Origin: Paraspadella gotoi
Taxonomy: Eukaryota > Animalia > Chaetognatha
Length of the DNA stretch: 64,000 bases
NCBI GenBank assembly: GCA_051294375.1
Contig: CM119265.1
Coordinates: 20,399,112-20,463,111, forward strand
Direction: 5' to 3'
The notes below the pieces were generated by a model. It was given only the letters and a program-made list of their open reading frames with translations, searched no databases and had not been told where the DNA came from. A program made the translations under genes and the position numbers. Of this stretch, positions 14,165-29,656 are shown piece by piece (within the stretch, counting starts at the first letter, position 1; the number at the start of each line of letters is the position of its first letter).

Positions 14165-16700
14165 TCTCTCTCTGCTCTCTCCTCTCTCTCCTCATCTTTC
14201 GCACAAGCGGCACGCCCACGGATTTTATCTAACAAATTTTCTTCCTTCCGTGATTGCCGCTCTCGTTCCTTAGACTTAGGCTTAGGTGCCCATCCGCCAA
14301 GCTTTGCAAGTCGAACACACAGTTATTCATCTGGATTAATACCATTGCAGGAAAGGTCAGGGACGATATCACAAGATTAGGTGACTTATTTAATATGTAA
14401 AGATCTGAAACTCAGCCTGGAACTCATCTGAATCAAACCCTTTGTATTTTCTCTCTCTCTGCTCTCTCGCATCTCTGTTCTCTGCTCTCGTCATCTCTAG
14501 CTCTCGTCTCTCTATCTCTTCCTCTCCTCTCTCTGCTCTTCTCTCTCGTCTCTCTCCGTACCAGTTCCTTCGCTTACTCTTCTCCCTTTGCGAGCCTTTC
14601 CGAACATCCCGGAGCCTCTGCCTAACGGAATCTCCACACCGGACTCGTCTCCCTCCGGCGGCATTACTCGATCCCCGTATTAATTTCGTCTTCATAATCC
14701 GCTCTGTGTTTTAGGGTCACGATTCTCGCTTCTGGCTTGACTTTCTGCACATCCCACCCTGCACTAATACTTAGAGGGAGATGACGCTTTCAACTTAAAC
14801 GAGCGACGATGCATTTGTACCAGACAATGCCCACGACCGTTCGTCGATGTTGGTCTTGAGGAGAAGGAGGAGAGAGATCGACGATGGAGAGAGACTGAAG
14901 AGATAGATGATATAGTGATGACACACTGACCGACGTATGATAATCCTGTGTGGGAAGCTGTAACAAGCAGAGCTATGTAAGCTACGGATTCGAGAGTAAC
15001 ACTAGGTATCTCCTGCGACCCGTATATGTGGATTGATTGATAGGGATCGAGAGAGATAGGAGAAGCATATGCAGTCAGTAGACGAGTGTAGAACAAACTA
15101 AGGATAGTCAAGACAGACCCGCCGAGCGGGATTCAAGATCTGAATGCTCATATGATAGATACTGGTTTAGATCAATAACTGTCACGTCGTAATGTATTGA
15201 CCAAACAGACTCATACTCTCAATCAACCTCTGATCAATGATAGGGCGCATGCCATCCTTACATATTGAATACCGTCAGGTGGCGAAATAATATTCACATA
15301 GAAAAATGACAATGGATTGTTAATGTTCATCCACTGTTCTACACATCTGGTGACTAATATTCTCTCATCTGATTACCAGATGCTCTGCGCAACAATATAA
15401 AAGCAATAGTATAATACACATAGAGAGAATAAAAGATGAACCATCACACGAGTAGTGATATAATGACAAGTATCTGCTTTATTTGGGGCCTCGTTCTCTC
15501 ATTTCTGCTTGATGCATCCGTAGTCTTTGAAACAGGTCGGCATGCAATACAAGCGTCTGCGTCTCTCTCTCTCATCTCTGTCTCACTTCTCATTCGTCTA
15601 CTCTCGTACAGCTCTCGTCTCTCTCCTCTCCGCCGGTCTCCTCTCGATTCTCTCTCTCTGCTCTCTCTGGAGTCCGGTATAGAAGTAAAGGTTTATCCGA
15701 TGTGATAGCTTCTCCACGCTATCACTCTCCCATTCTGCTTGCGGCTTTTCCGTCTCGGGACTCGAATTCGCCCCTGATGTTCGATGATCGAGTCTCAGCT
15801 CTTATGTATACCTCAAGAGTGTCACGCAAAATTTCACGGCGGACTGTAATCAGTCTCTATGCAGATATAATGTGAATGATGCAATTCATCTTATATGACT
15901 CTCAGAAGTGTGCTGTCGGGCGCGGCGTTGAGGTACTACTGTCGGGCCAGCTGACGTGAGTGCGCAAGATGTTAGCTCTGGTGTGGCCATCGCATATTTC
16001 ATTGAATCGTTGACGTGTCTGAAGGAAAGTGTGCGTTTCTGGCACGAGCATTAAGGTGCTCATAGGAATTAATCTTGGTGACGGTTTGTGTTCGTAATTC
16101 AGTAATAGAGATGCATCGCTTCGCTCTGCTCAATGTCACGTTACATTGGTGGCAGACGAGTGAGTAAGGCCCTGTAGGTGCTCCGGTACGGAAAAGCCGG
16201 TCTTGTGGCACACGGGGTATTCCGTAGCACTCGCCGCACCTTCTCGTTGGCAGCTGTCGCTAACGTGTGGAGCTCAAACCTACATACTCGGTCTTCGCGA
16301 ATGCTCGCACAGTCTCTCCATAGCCTTCAATCTCATATCTGGTTCTACTCGCGCTGACTTCGAGATTCGCAACTGCTCCATTTGAACAACTGCGTGGCTT
16401 GTGGCGAGCCTTCTAGTTTTAAGAATGGCGATAGCGCGGCGCCTACGGCGCCATAGCCACCGCACCACAATAATCTGCTGCATTCTGACAATTCAAACAC
16501 TGCTCTCTCTTGAATGCCTGACTGACTGCGTAACTGCGGTTTGTCCGTAGCCGCCGGGACGCGATAGGTCTCCAGTACAATATCGCATTCGGCTGCCGCA
16601 AGAGATTGGACTGTGAAGTTGGTGAGTTTGCTATCTTATCGTGCAACCTGCTTATCGCACATCAGCGCTTCTCTCGCTGAGCAGGCTGGAGACACTTTCT
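10335..16700 (+). other. Artefactual, error-rich second copy of about 5000-10310 (uncorrected long-read fill)
   Basis: Colinear landmarks, e.g. TTTTCGTACATCCTAATGAGGGCGAA near 5025 and 10370 and GAGCGAACCGGTGAAGCATAA near 5754 and 11370; copy is about 20% longer through scattered small insertions; begins directly after a 25-N gap. Confidence 0.9.
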
Positions 16701-17956
16701 TGCTGAGTTCTTATGAAACTTCACGATAAGCCGTATGCTAACCTCGATGCGCCTCCCGTTGTTGTGGCACTCATGCACATGATCTTCTATCGGCGAATAA
16801 AAAAGAAACTTCGACGTGCAACCTACCTTATCTAACATGCAATCATCCACACAGTCGGTAACGAACTGACCGACTGGTGTATGGCATGACGCCTTCAACA
16901 TCCACTCACATGTATTTCTTCTCTTCCGCAGCGCGGAAGCTTTAATAGACGCTTAATCCCTTTTGCGCGCAATGGCTATGGATTCTACTCTCGTGCTTCC
17001 AATCCGCGCAGCGCTGGTCGCTTGCTTCTCGGTACTCGACGGTCTGACCTTCTCCTGTCTCTGCTGCGTTCTGCTCCTACTCGTCTCTGCTCCCTGCGCT
17101 CTCTACCTCTCTCTCGTTCTGCGTCTCTTCTCTCTCCTCTCTTCTCAGCGAGGAAAAAGCCTAACTATCTTTCGCGTCAAAAAATGCGGTTGGGCTTCAA
17201 AATTCCGATTAGAAAAAATGTCTCTTGTGTTGAAATTTTCCGAAAAAAGGGTTTGGCTTAAATCCATAGAAAAATGTTCTCGTTGAAAACAGTTATTTTA
17301 AAAGAACGTTAAAAGTTAATATATATAAATAATATCTTATATTTTTTCAGTTTGCTTAAAACATTGAGACTGAAACTATGCAAAATAGTGATTGTGAAAA
17401 ATAATTGGAATTTGTATTAACAATTTTGATACATAGTTTTCATTCACATTGAATTTTCTCTTGTAAATATATTATGTTAAAAGCTATTAATTATTCTCCT
17501 AATTTTCCATGTACTCAGCTTATAACGCGTGAACCCTTGACAGTTGACTCACCTTCCTAATGAAACCAAGGTTTTATTGATTAGCGCCCTTGTACCCTTT
17601 GTCAATCAATTTAATTCATTCATCTTGTTTAATTCATTTATTCTCTCTATCTCTCCGAGCTTGCCTTTCACATTCACATATTGATTCCATCTTCACTCGG
17701 CCCATAATTCATTCTCTTTCACCGCATCCTCTTTTCTACCAATCTTTCTCTCCTTTCTCTCTTTTCTCCTTCTCCCTCTTTCTCTCTTTCTCTTTCTCCC
17801 TCTTTCTATATCTGTCTCTTTCTATCTCTTTCTACCTCTTTCTCTCCTATATATCTTTTCTCTTTCTCCCTCTTTTTCCTTCGACGTCACTAACGTATTT
17901 TTTCCTCTTTTTTTCTCAGGCCCAGTCTTCCCGGTCCCCAAAACGCTTCAGGGACG

Positions 17957-17994
<38 letters not shown>

Positions 17995-18066
17995 CTCTCT
18001 TACTCTCCTTCTTCCACCCTCTCCCACTTCTCTCGCTCTCTCTCGGCCATCAGAGTCCAAACCGGC

Positions 18067-18313
18067 AGCCAATCAGCGACCGTCCCTTTCGGTTCTCCTT
18101 TTGGAATCGACCATTCGTATCGCGCCGATTTCCCTCCGCTTCCTCCCGCGGCCAATCGGCAACTAACTCATCTCCGCGAAGATTCTCCGAATCAAATTCA
18201 ACCAATCGCGAGTCGAGTTCTTTCCATCTTGACTGGCGACGTCATAGACTCGAACATAAAAAAAATTACGACAAATCGGCGTCCGTATCTCTACGGATTT
18301 GACGGTGATTGGC
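18067..18313. promoter_or_regulatory. CCAAT-box (NF-Y type) cluster in a CpG-rich island; candidate promoter
   Basis: AGCCAATCAG 18067, GGCCAATCGG 18150, AACCAATCGC 18200, reverse TGATTGGC 18306, plus CRE-like CGACGTCA near 18237. Confidence 0.45.
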
Positions 18314-19939
18314 TTCTCTTCTACTTAGCTTTCTCGACTTAAAGCAAAACGAGTCTTGACGACGTTAGCGAACGTCGTTCTCAAGAGAGTACGACGTTAG
18401 TGAACAGTGTTCTTAAGGAGGGAGCGAACGGCGCCTGCTTTCGCTTTAACGCCGCTTTTCTCTNNNNNNNNNNNNNNNNNNNNNNNNNNNNNNNNNNNNN
18501 NNNNNNNNNNNNNNNNNNNNNNNNNNNNNNNNNNNNNNNNNNNNNNNNNNNNNNNNNNNNNNNNNNNNNNNNNNNNNNNNNNNNNNNNNNNNNNNNNNNN
18601 NNNNNNNNNNNNNNNNNNNNNNNNNNNNNNNNNNNNNNNNNNNNNNNNNNNNNNNNNNNNNNNNNNNNNNNNNNNNNNNNNNNNNNNNNNNNNNNNNNNN
18701 NNNNNNNNNNNNNNNNNNNNNNNNNNNNNNNNNNNNNNNNNNNNNNNNNNNNNNNNNNNNNNNNNNNNNNNNNNNNNNNNNNNNNNNNNNNNNNNNNNNN
18801 NNNNNNNNNNNNNNNNNNNNNNNNNNNNNNNNNNNNNNNNNNNNNNNNNNNNNNNNNNNNNNNNNNNNNNNNNNNNNNNNNNNNNNNNNNNNNNNNNNNN
18901 NNNNNNNNNNNNNNNNNNNNNNNNNNNNNNNNNNNNNNNNNNNNNNNNNNNNNNNNNNNNNNNNNNNNNNNNNNNNNNNNNNNNNNNNNNNNNNNNNNNN
19001 NNNNNNNNNNNNNNNNNNNNNNNNNNNNNNNNNNNNNNNNNNNNNNNNNNNNNNNNNNNNNNNNNNNNNNNNNNNNNNNNNNNNNNNNNNNNNNNNNNNN
19101 NNNNNNNNNNNNNNNNNNNNNNNNNNNNNNNNNNNNNNNNNNNNNNNNNNNNNNNNNNNNNNNNNNNNNNNNNNNNNNNNNNNNNNNNNNNNNNNNNNNN
19201 NNNNNNNNNNNNNNNNNNNNNNNNNNNNNNNNNNNNNNNNNNNNNNNNNNNNNNNNNNNNNNNNNNCCCCCCCCGCTTTTTAACGCCGATCGACGCGTTC
19301 ACACTCGCTCCCCCGCGGGGACTTAGACGCTTCCGGCACGCTCTGGCGTCGGCGCTCTGACGTCCCGCCAAATAAAAAAAACACAAAACAAAAAAAACAA
19401 AAGGAAAAGAAAGAAAGGAAATCCGTTTTTAAATTCGTCCAAACGAATTGTATCACCTTTTGTTTGCTTCTTTCAAATATCACCCGCTGAGGTAGGAACA
19501 TATGACCTGATTCTTTTAAAATAATAATTTAAAATTTATTAAAAATAATCATAAGTTTTTCATATTTAACGAAAAGCAATAAAAAATTAATCGCCTTAAT
19601 ATTCTCCAAAAAGAAGGAATTGGACCGAAAAGAAAAATCGTTGATAATATTTGATGAAAGAATACAAAAAAAAAAGTGCGAAAAAGAAATCTTTTATCGT
19701 TTGGCTCCATGTCATTAGTCTGAATAAAAAAAAAAGCCTTTCGGCCGGACGGGCGGACGGACTGAGATGGACGGACGGAGAACTGACCGTTTCATCTCAG
19801 TCTACCCCCCTATTTTTTTNNNNNNNNNNNNNNNNNNNNNNNNNTTTTGCGCCCCAAATAAGTGGATCGTATTTCCGCCATCATCGTGAACAAAAAAAAG
19901 AAAAAAATAATAATCTGTGGATGTGGAGGTGGTTGGGGA

Positions 19940-22410
<2,471 letters not shown>

Positions 22411-22508
22411 GAGCTCGCCTCTTTTTTATACACGCTATTCATGTTTGTCATCTCTCTCTCTCTCTCTCGTCTCTCTCCTCTCTGCCTCTCTCTCTCTCTT
22501 CTCTCTCT

Positions 22509-22549
<41 letters not shown>

Positions 22550-22721
22550 ATCTCTCTTTTTTTCATGCTTCCAACATGGCGGACGTTCTCCCCTCAACGC
22601 CCAACGCCGATTCTTCCATCGTCTTTCTCTCCCGTCAAACTCCACGTCCACCGACAACAACAACAAATAACAACACAAACGAACGGTTTCCTTTATGCCG
22701 CCTCTTCCCCCCCTTCCCCCG

Positions 22722-22787
<66 letters not shown>

Positions 22788-23740
22788 TCTCTCTCTTCTC
22801 TCTCTTCTCTCTCCTGTTACTCCCGCACGCCCCCTCGTCTCTTCAAACGCCTCCTTCGCAAACGCATTTGCTGTTCCAACATATAACGCCATTCCCCGAC
22901 GACGACGACGACGACCGACGCACGGTTTCGGCTTCTTTCTTTTTTTTGGAAAATTATTCTTCCTCGCCGGGGGTATTTTCTCGATCCCCCTGCCCACATA
23001 CTACCCTTTCGTCTCGTCTCCACCGACATTATGACGTCATTTAATAACAACTTCCGGCTTTCTAAAAAAAAAATTTACTTTCCTTTTCCGACTTCGAACT
23101 TTTCTTTCCTCTATTCTTTCCTTTTCTAACCTCCCCCTTAATCGTCGACACCCTTCAATGAATATATTACTAAAACACCACCCCCCAAATTTCCCACCCC
23201 CCCCAATGGACACACCTATTCCCGACCACGCGTTCCTCCCCATCCGACAAATTGGACACCGCGAAACGATAATGGGGACGCAATCGTCCAACGTTTTTAA
23301 CCTCCATCGCGAATCCTCACCCTCGCTCCCTCCGCCTTACCCGATTCCCTTGTCTCCTTACGCACCCGCCTGTCTCATGCCCTTTTTTTGCTTGCCTGTC
23401 TTACCCTCTTCCCCCGCCTGTCTTCTGCCCCTTCTCACTCGCCTGACTTACCCTCAACCTAATATCCTTTCCTCCGCTCGTCTCCGCGTCCTATCATCAT
23501 TCTCATTTTCAATATCACATCATTCATCATGTCATTCTCATCTGGTCATTCGTCCCATTATCACATTCATCATCGTCTTACCCATAATCATTTTCCCCTT
23601 CCTCCCCTCGTTTCCTTCGTCCATCTTCCATCCATTTTCACTTCCCCTACATGCTCCAACCCCCCATCCCATCCCATTCTGGCGGACCCCTTCCCCTCAT
23701 TCTCTCGCCCCCGCCTGCTTCTGGTGTTGGTCGTTATCAT

Positions 23741-23777
<37 letters not shown>

Positions 23778-24216
23778 CTCTCTCTCTCTCTCTCTTCTCT
23801 CCTCTCTCTCTCTCTTCCAAATCATCGGCTCTGGTGTCTTCCTCATCCTCTCCTTCCCTCCTTTTCCTCCTTTCTCCTTGACTCTTCTTCTTCTCCTCTT
23901 CCTCCTCCTCTTCTTCCTCCCTCCTCTTCTTCGTCACCATTTTTTACCCTCTTCTTCCAACTCTTCTTATCTTCCTTAACTTCTTTCACTTCTTGTGTCC
24001 AAAAAAAAAAATTAAAACAACAACAATTTATTCCGGCATCAACACGATTTTATTTTCTGTTTGCAACCAAAAAAAAAAACATTACCAAAAAAAAAATAAT
24101 TAAACAGAAGGAACTGTTCGCCAGTTTTTGTTTTTTCACGTAAAAAAAAACAAAGAAAAAAAACTTATTCACAGGAAAAAAAAGTTAATCAACGCAATTG
24201 TATCGGCGCACTTGAG

Positions 24217-24303
24217 GTGAGTTCGGGTCAGGGTAAGTGAGGAATTATTGTGAAAAACAAGCAGCAACCGTGTTGACTCCCCTTGTTACTTTTTATTTTT
24301 CAG
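24217..24303 (+). other. Short spliceosomal intron with two alternative donors, probably in the cpo 5' UTR
   Basis: GAG|GTGAGT at 24217, AGG|GTAAGT at 24233, T-rich tract and CAG acceptor ending at 24303; 1.55 kb upstream of the cpo ATG on the same strand. Confidence 0.55.
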
Positions 24304-25853
24304 CATCGTCGCTATTATCAACGAAACTGCCAAAAACACGTGGGACGGATGGTATTTGGCTTTCTCGGCTGAAAACCATCGAAATTTCAGACAAAACCAA
24401 ACAAAACAGGAAAGATAAAGGCACCTTTTCTCTCGCAGCTCAATTCTACACAAACCTTTTTTTTCTTCTTCTGATCAATTTGTTTTCGGGAAATTTTTTC
24501 GTGAATTAGTATAAATCTATCGAGTCTGAATCAAGGAAATTTAAGTCAAATCAATTTTTTTTGAAAAAGAGGATCGTTTTAAGTTGTTCATCTCGAGACT
24601 TATCCTTTGCTCAAAACTTCTCTCCCCTTTTTTAATCGACGAGGGCGACTCGAGTCGGTTCTCGAAAAAAACAAAAAACTAACGATTTCACCGGAGAAAC
24701 AAAAGATCATCGTGTTTGTTTTCATCAAATCGATGCACAAAATATAGAAAAAAAAAACTAACAGCCAAAAAAAAAAAAAAAAATCTGCACGAAACTTCAT
24801 TCTATAGAAAAATCGAAAGTTCTGCTTTTAAATAAATAATAAAAAAAAAACTCGAACAAAACAGCAATAGGTTTTGAAGGCCGTTTTGTTTTTGTTTTCA
24901 CATTTTTGCTTTTTTCACGTCATTATCATCTCCATTGTCTTCAGTTGTCATAAAAACGTTACTTCCGGCTCTACAATATAGATTATCGTTGCAGACAAGG
25001 ATCGCCAAAAAAAAAGTAGTGTTACGTAAAATCGAATCAAACGATACTAGCTAGACTTATCAACGATTACAACGACTTAAACTACAACAACGACGACAAC
25101 GCGTTTGCTAATTCGCCTCAAACCTCATTTTCATCAATTCCTCAATTTTTTTCATTTGTTAAACTTTGCAAAAAAAACAAAAACAAAACAAAATAAAAAA
25201 CAAACTTAATTTCTTTTTTTCGTCCTAGAAAATTCGAGTTGAATTTCCGTGACTCGGATTTTCATTTGTTATTCCAGTGCTTAAGACATTTCGATATTCC
25301 AATATCATTGGATATATATATATTCAATATAAAAACCTCTCTTTTCTTTCCTCCATTTCTAAACTCTATCCTCTTTAATTTGAGGATAGATATTGTTGTG
25401 TCGCATCCCCGACATTAAAGTTGTTCCAGAACCTCCTCCTCTTCCTCCTCCTCCTCCTCCTCCTCCTCCTCTTTCCCAAAACCCCGCAAATATTAAACTA
25501 GTCAACTTTAATTGATCTCCTATTCCTCTTCATTGTGATACACTTTTAACTTCGTCGATTTGGGTTAATTATTTTTCGCGCGTATTACTACATAAAGAAT
25601 ATATTAAAAAAATATTAAACTGTATCGACTTCAAACGATCCCCCATTCTCCCAAAAAAAATTAAATAAATAAAAACAATATATTACTTTCCCTCTCGTCT
25701 GTAAACAATAAACCATAAACGTACTAAAAATACATACGGGGACGCCGAATTAGACAGAAAAAGGTCGATAGTACCAAAAAAAAAAATTAAAAAGAGAGAG
25801 ATAAAGCAAAAAAGACATTCATAAATAATACAAACAAACTTCGAAAGAGCAAC

Positions 25854-26000
25854 ATGGCGACGACGATCGGCGCTAACAACGTGGGCGTGACGCCCGTGAC
25901 GCCGAATCCATCGACGGGACAAGTGGCGCCGCCGGTTGGCACGGATTCCATCCCCTTGAGTCAAAGCATGGACTCGATCAATACGACGCCGGAGGAAGAG
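25854..26000 (+). CDS. cpo: First coding exon of couch potato (RBPMS/mec-8 family RRM RNA-binding protein)
   Basis: CAAC-ATG-G start context, in-frame TAA upstream at 25788, 49 codons MATTIGANNV...PLSQSMDSINTTPEEE, then phase-0 GAG|GTGAGT donor. LSQSMDS(I/V)NT..EEE matches the segment I recall just before the RRM of Drosophila Cpo (LSQSMDSVNTASNEEE-VRTLFVSGLP). The RRM exon was not found in the window. Confidence 0.85.
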
Positions 26001-26188
26001 GTGAGTTTATTTGGGGGTGGGGGTGACGGGGGTAAGGTAAGGTAACCAGAAGGTGACATTCTTATTAATCCCAATACAAATTATACTTATTGATTCCGCA
26101 AGAAAATCGCCAAGAGAATTAATTTTCATGGGCAAATTCAACCATAGCGGTTATATTGTGTAATAAGGCGTAGTGAAAGGCGTAGTGA

Positions 26189-26925
26189 GAGGCCTTAAAC
26201 CACCAAAGCCTGTCCAATAGAGTGGAGCACTCAAGAACAAAATAAAAATTTTTGAATGATCGAACAATGATATTAGATGTGAGATAGTATGATTAACTAG
26301 TACAAAAAATATTTTGTTCATATTATCTCGGGAACAGAATAGTAAAATATAATATATTTGTAGTAATTATCCTTATAAAATAGTAAATTTTAAAAATAAT
26401 TTATAAAAACTTTTATTAAAGATTCAGATTCTTCATAAAAAGTTGAATCAAAAATATAAAACATGTTATCAAAAATTCTGTCATCTTCAATGTTTAAAAT
26501 AAGAAAAAAGGTGAAAATTCCTGATTTTTTTTATTCTCTGTAGTAGAAACTTATATATGCTAAAACGTTTTAGTCATTTTTTGTGATCTAAACATTAAAA
26601 TATCATATAACATATTTTTATAAAAGTTTCTTAGTTTTTTACAGCGAATCCAAATCAGTTCTTAAAAATAAAAAAGATTATTTTGAAATTTGACGATTTT
26701 ATAAGGATATTAACATAAATAATTGAATTTGCTATACGTTTATGCTAAAAAAATTTTTAAAAAAGATTTAAAATTCATTAATTATATGTCCATAGGCAGC
26801 AAAAAAAATAATGTTCAATCACTCAATCTTTTCATCACTCCACCCTACTGTCACAAAGTCAGGGGCAAGATAGCTTATTTATATTAAATGAATGGATAAT
26901 TTTTATTGGTTGTACCAATTTCATA
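26189..26925 (+). mobile_element. Dispersed repeat family A copy split by the inner MITE (26189-26217 plus 26848-26925)
   Basis: GAGGCCTTAAACCACCAAAGCCTGTCCAA and AAGTCAGGGGCAAGATAGC...GGTTGTACCAATTTC correspond to contiguous sequence in the 45.9 kb copy. Confidence 0.85.
26218..26847. mobile_element. Inner hAT-type foldback MITE, 630 bp
   Basis: TIR TAGAGTGGAG / CTCCACCCTA (9 of 10 match); TSD CTGTCCAA (26210-26217) vs CTGTCaCAA (26848-26856); matching internal inverted arms, e.g. ATCCTTATAAAAT / ATTTTATAAGGAT. Confidence 0.8.
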
Positions 26926-27647
26926 CGAAAATTCGAAAAGTCAGTTATGAACAACATACCATCAGTGAACATTAATTTTTAAAAAAAAGTAATTTTATGT
27001 TTTTTTTAATTTTTGCAGTAGGCTATATTTATATATAGTAAAATAAAAAATAAAAAATAAAAATTTCAAAATAGGCTTTTCTTAATTTTGATTGCAGATT
27101 TGAATTTCTCGTCAAAAAGTTGATAAAAGAAAATATAAATCATTTTTAAAAATTCTTTCATTAAGTAGGTTAAAAAATTAAAAAACTAATTATTTAATAT
27201 ATAAAAAAGTTAATTTTCAGCTTAAAATAATAGCTTTTTCTAATTTTTGACCCACTTAATGAAGGAATTTTTCAAAAAGAGTTATATTTCTTTTTATCAA
27301 CTTTTTATGACGAATCCAAATCTGCAAAAAAATCTTAAAAAAAACTGTTTTGAAATTTTAACATTTATTGGTTTAGTACTAGTATAAATATGGCCTACTG
27401 CGTAAATTGAAAAATTTATTATAAATTTTTTTATTACATAAATGTTCATTTAGTATAGATATTATTCCGTTCTCCTTATTAAAATTTTAATCAAAGTTAA
27501 ATTTAGGAATTTTACTACGCCTTATTGTGTAACTCTCCTTTAATATAAGCATTACGCATTTCTTGATATTCCGTTCTTAGTAAATGAGAAAAGAGAGATC
27601 ATATAAACGATGCTTCGCCCTTGAGATTTTTTGATCTTTTTTGATCT

Positions 27648-27681
<34 letters not shown>

Positions 27682-28347
27682 TGTCGTCGTCGTCGTCGTA
27701 TTAACGTCTCGTTATGAAACTTCCCGTTTTTTTTTTATGAGAATCGTGATTCGACTCTTGACCCTAATTCGCCCTCCGTCCGTTAGAGGCGCCCGAAGAT
27801 GCGAAAAACGAGGACAACAACAAAAGTCATGCAGAAAACGGGAAAACTGACGATATTATAATGACCTCTAGCGACGAAGACATGAGGATTTGAACATGAA
27901 CAAGAGAACATCGTTCGTGATAATCGTTTCCACCTTTCATCGCATCGAACTCATCGTAAAAACAGAAAATGTTCTGGGAATTCGTGGGAACGCCTTTCCT
28001 CTAAATCGCCACGACGATGACGACGACGATGATGATGACGATGACGACGACGACGATATAAGTCGATGATCATTTGTTGGTCGAATTTCTTCCTTTTTTT
28101 TTCGTCAGCATCTCGGATTCACGGGGGATGAAGAAAAGAGGAGGAGAGAAAAAGTCAGGATTCGAATCGCGTCCCATTAACTTCCTCCTCCTCCTCCTCC
28201 TCCTCTTCCTCTTCATACTCCACTTAATCCTTCCTTCCTCCTCCTTCTCCTCCTCCTCCTCCTCCTCCTCCTCCTTCTCCCTTTCCTTCTTCATCGGCTC
28301 ACCTTCGGTTTCGACTCACCTTGACCTAAAATCACGCGCTCACTCAC

Positions 28348-28396
<49 letters not shown>

Positions 28397-29041
28397 CGTG
28401 CCCTACTTTTTCCGGTAAAAATGTTTTTCCCGATAAGTAAGACGAAATAGTGTCAAACAGTCGTAAGATCGGTGCTTTGTATTTTCTGATCATTGCTTGA
28501 AATATAAATTCATATTAATTTAATCAGGTGATTCCAAATTAACTATGTCGATCAATGAAGCCAAAATTTATTAAGCAGTTTAATCTATAAAAATTCACAA
28601 AAATAAAGCGAGTAAATAATTAAAATATCGATTTTCCCTTTTTTTTAAATCAATTAATTATTTAATCAATCAATGAATTATTATATCCATAGAAATCGTA
28701 TGAATCGAAATGAAAAATTCTTCAGGTTTTTTTTTTGTTCCTATTTTATCGGAAAAACGTCAAAGCGGTTTTTCGGTGATGATGGTTCGTTCCTGATGGT
28801 CTTGAATAGATGTGATGCCATTTTGTGGAATAAATGATAATTTAAATCATAAAGTCATCATGTTCAAATTACTAATATTATGTGAGTATAAGGCAAATAG
28901 TTTTACAATTGCTTTAATCGATTGCAATGGAGCAAAGGAATAAATATTAGATAATAGGAAGAAACCTAATCGTAATCATCGTCCGCTAGAAAGAAAATGT
29001 ACCTACAAAATTCTTGGTCGCGCTCATAATTTATCTCTCTT

Positions 29042-29076
<35 letters not shown>

Positions 29077-29624
29077 CTCTCTCTCTCCTCTCTCGCTCTC
29101 CTCTCTCCTCTCATCTTCAGCCCTCTCCATCAATCGTCTCTCCGTCTCTCTCTTTCTTCCTCATAACCTCTCGTAACGCTCTGATTTTCAACAGTTCGCT
29201 CTCTTTTTTTTTCTTCTCGCGTGTCATTTCGCTTTTTTTTTTTTCGTCTTCGTCTTCGCTGCTCATTTAGAGAGAAGACATCATTTCAATTATCTTAATT
29301 GCTGCCGACGCGCACGTGATCACAACGTTGACGACGACGACGACGACGACGACGACTAAAGTGACGAATCCGTTTTCTTCTTAAATTTTTTGTCGATTTT
29401 GTTGAGATGGCGACTGACGAATTTTCGATTCTTTGGAAAATATTGATTTATTTACTCATTAGTTCGGTAAAGCAATTATATAATCATTGTACTCTTCATT
29501 TTCATTATTTTAATTATACCATCTGTTTACTCATTATTTTTTATGCATAAACTTTCCACTCTTACTTTTTTTTTCAAAGCTTTATAGTCAATTAGGAAAC
29601 ATTTTATCTCATCCGTCGTGGTCG

Positions 29625-29656
<32 letters not shown>

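Larger units (their letters stand above)
26164..27524. mobile_element. Outer hAT-type non-autonomous DNA transposon (MITE) carrying nested insertions
   Basis: Perfect 11-bp TIR TAAGGCGTAGT (26164) / ACTACGCCTTA (ends 27524); perfect 8-bp TSD TTGTGTAA at 26156-26163 and 27525-27532; long imperfect internal palindrome at about 26964-27450. Confidence 0.8.

Noticed and set aside
10335-17150. Many 60-180 aa ORFs, or a diverged paralogous region
   Set aside because: Insertion-rich raw-read copy of 5000-10310; the ORFs are noise.
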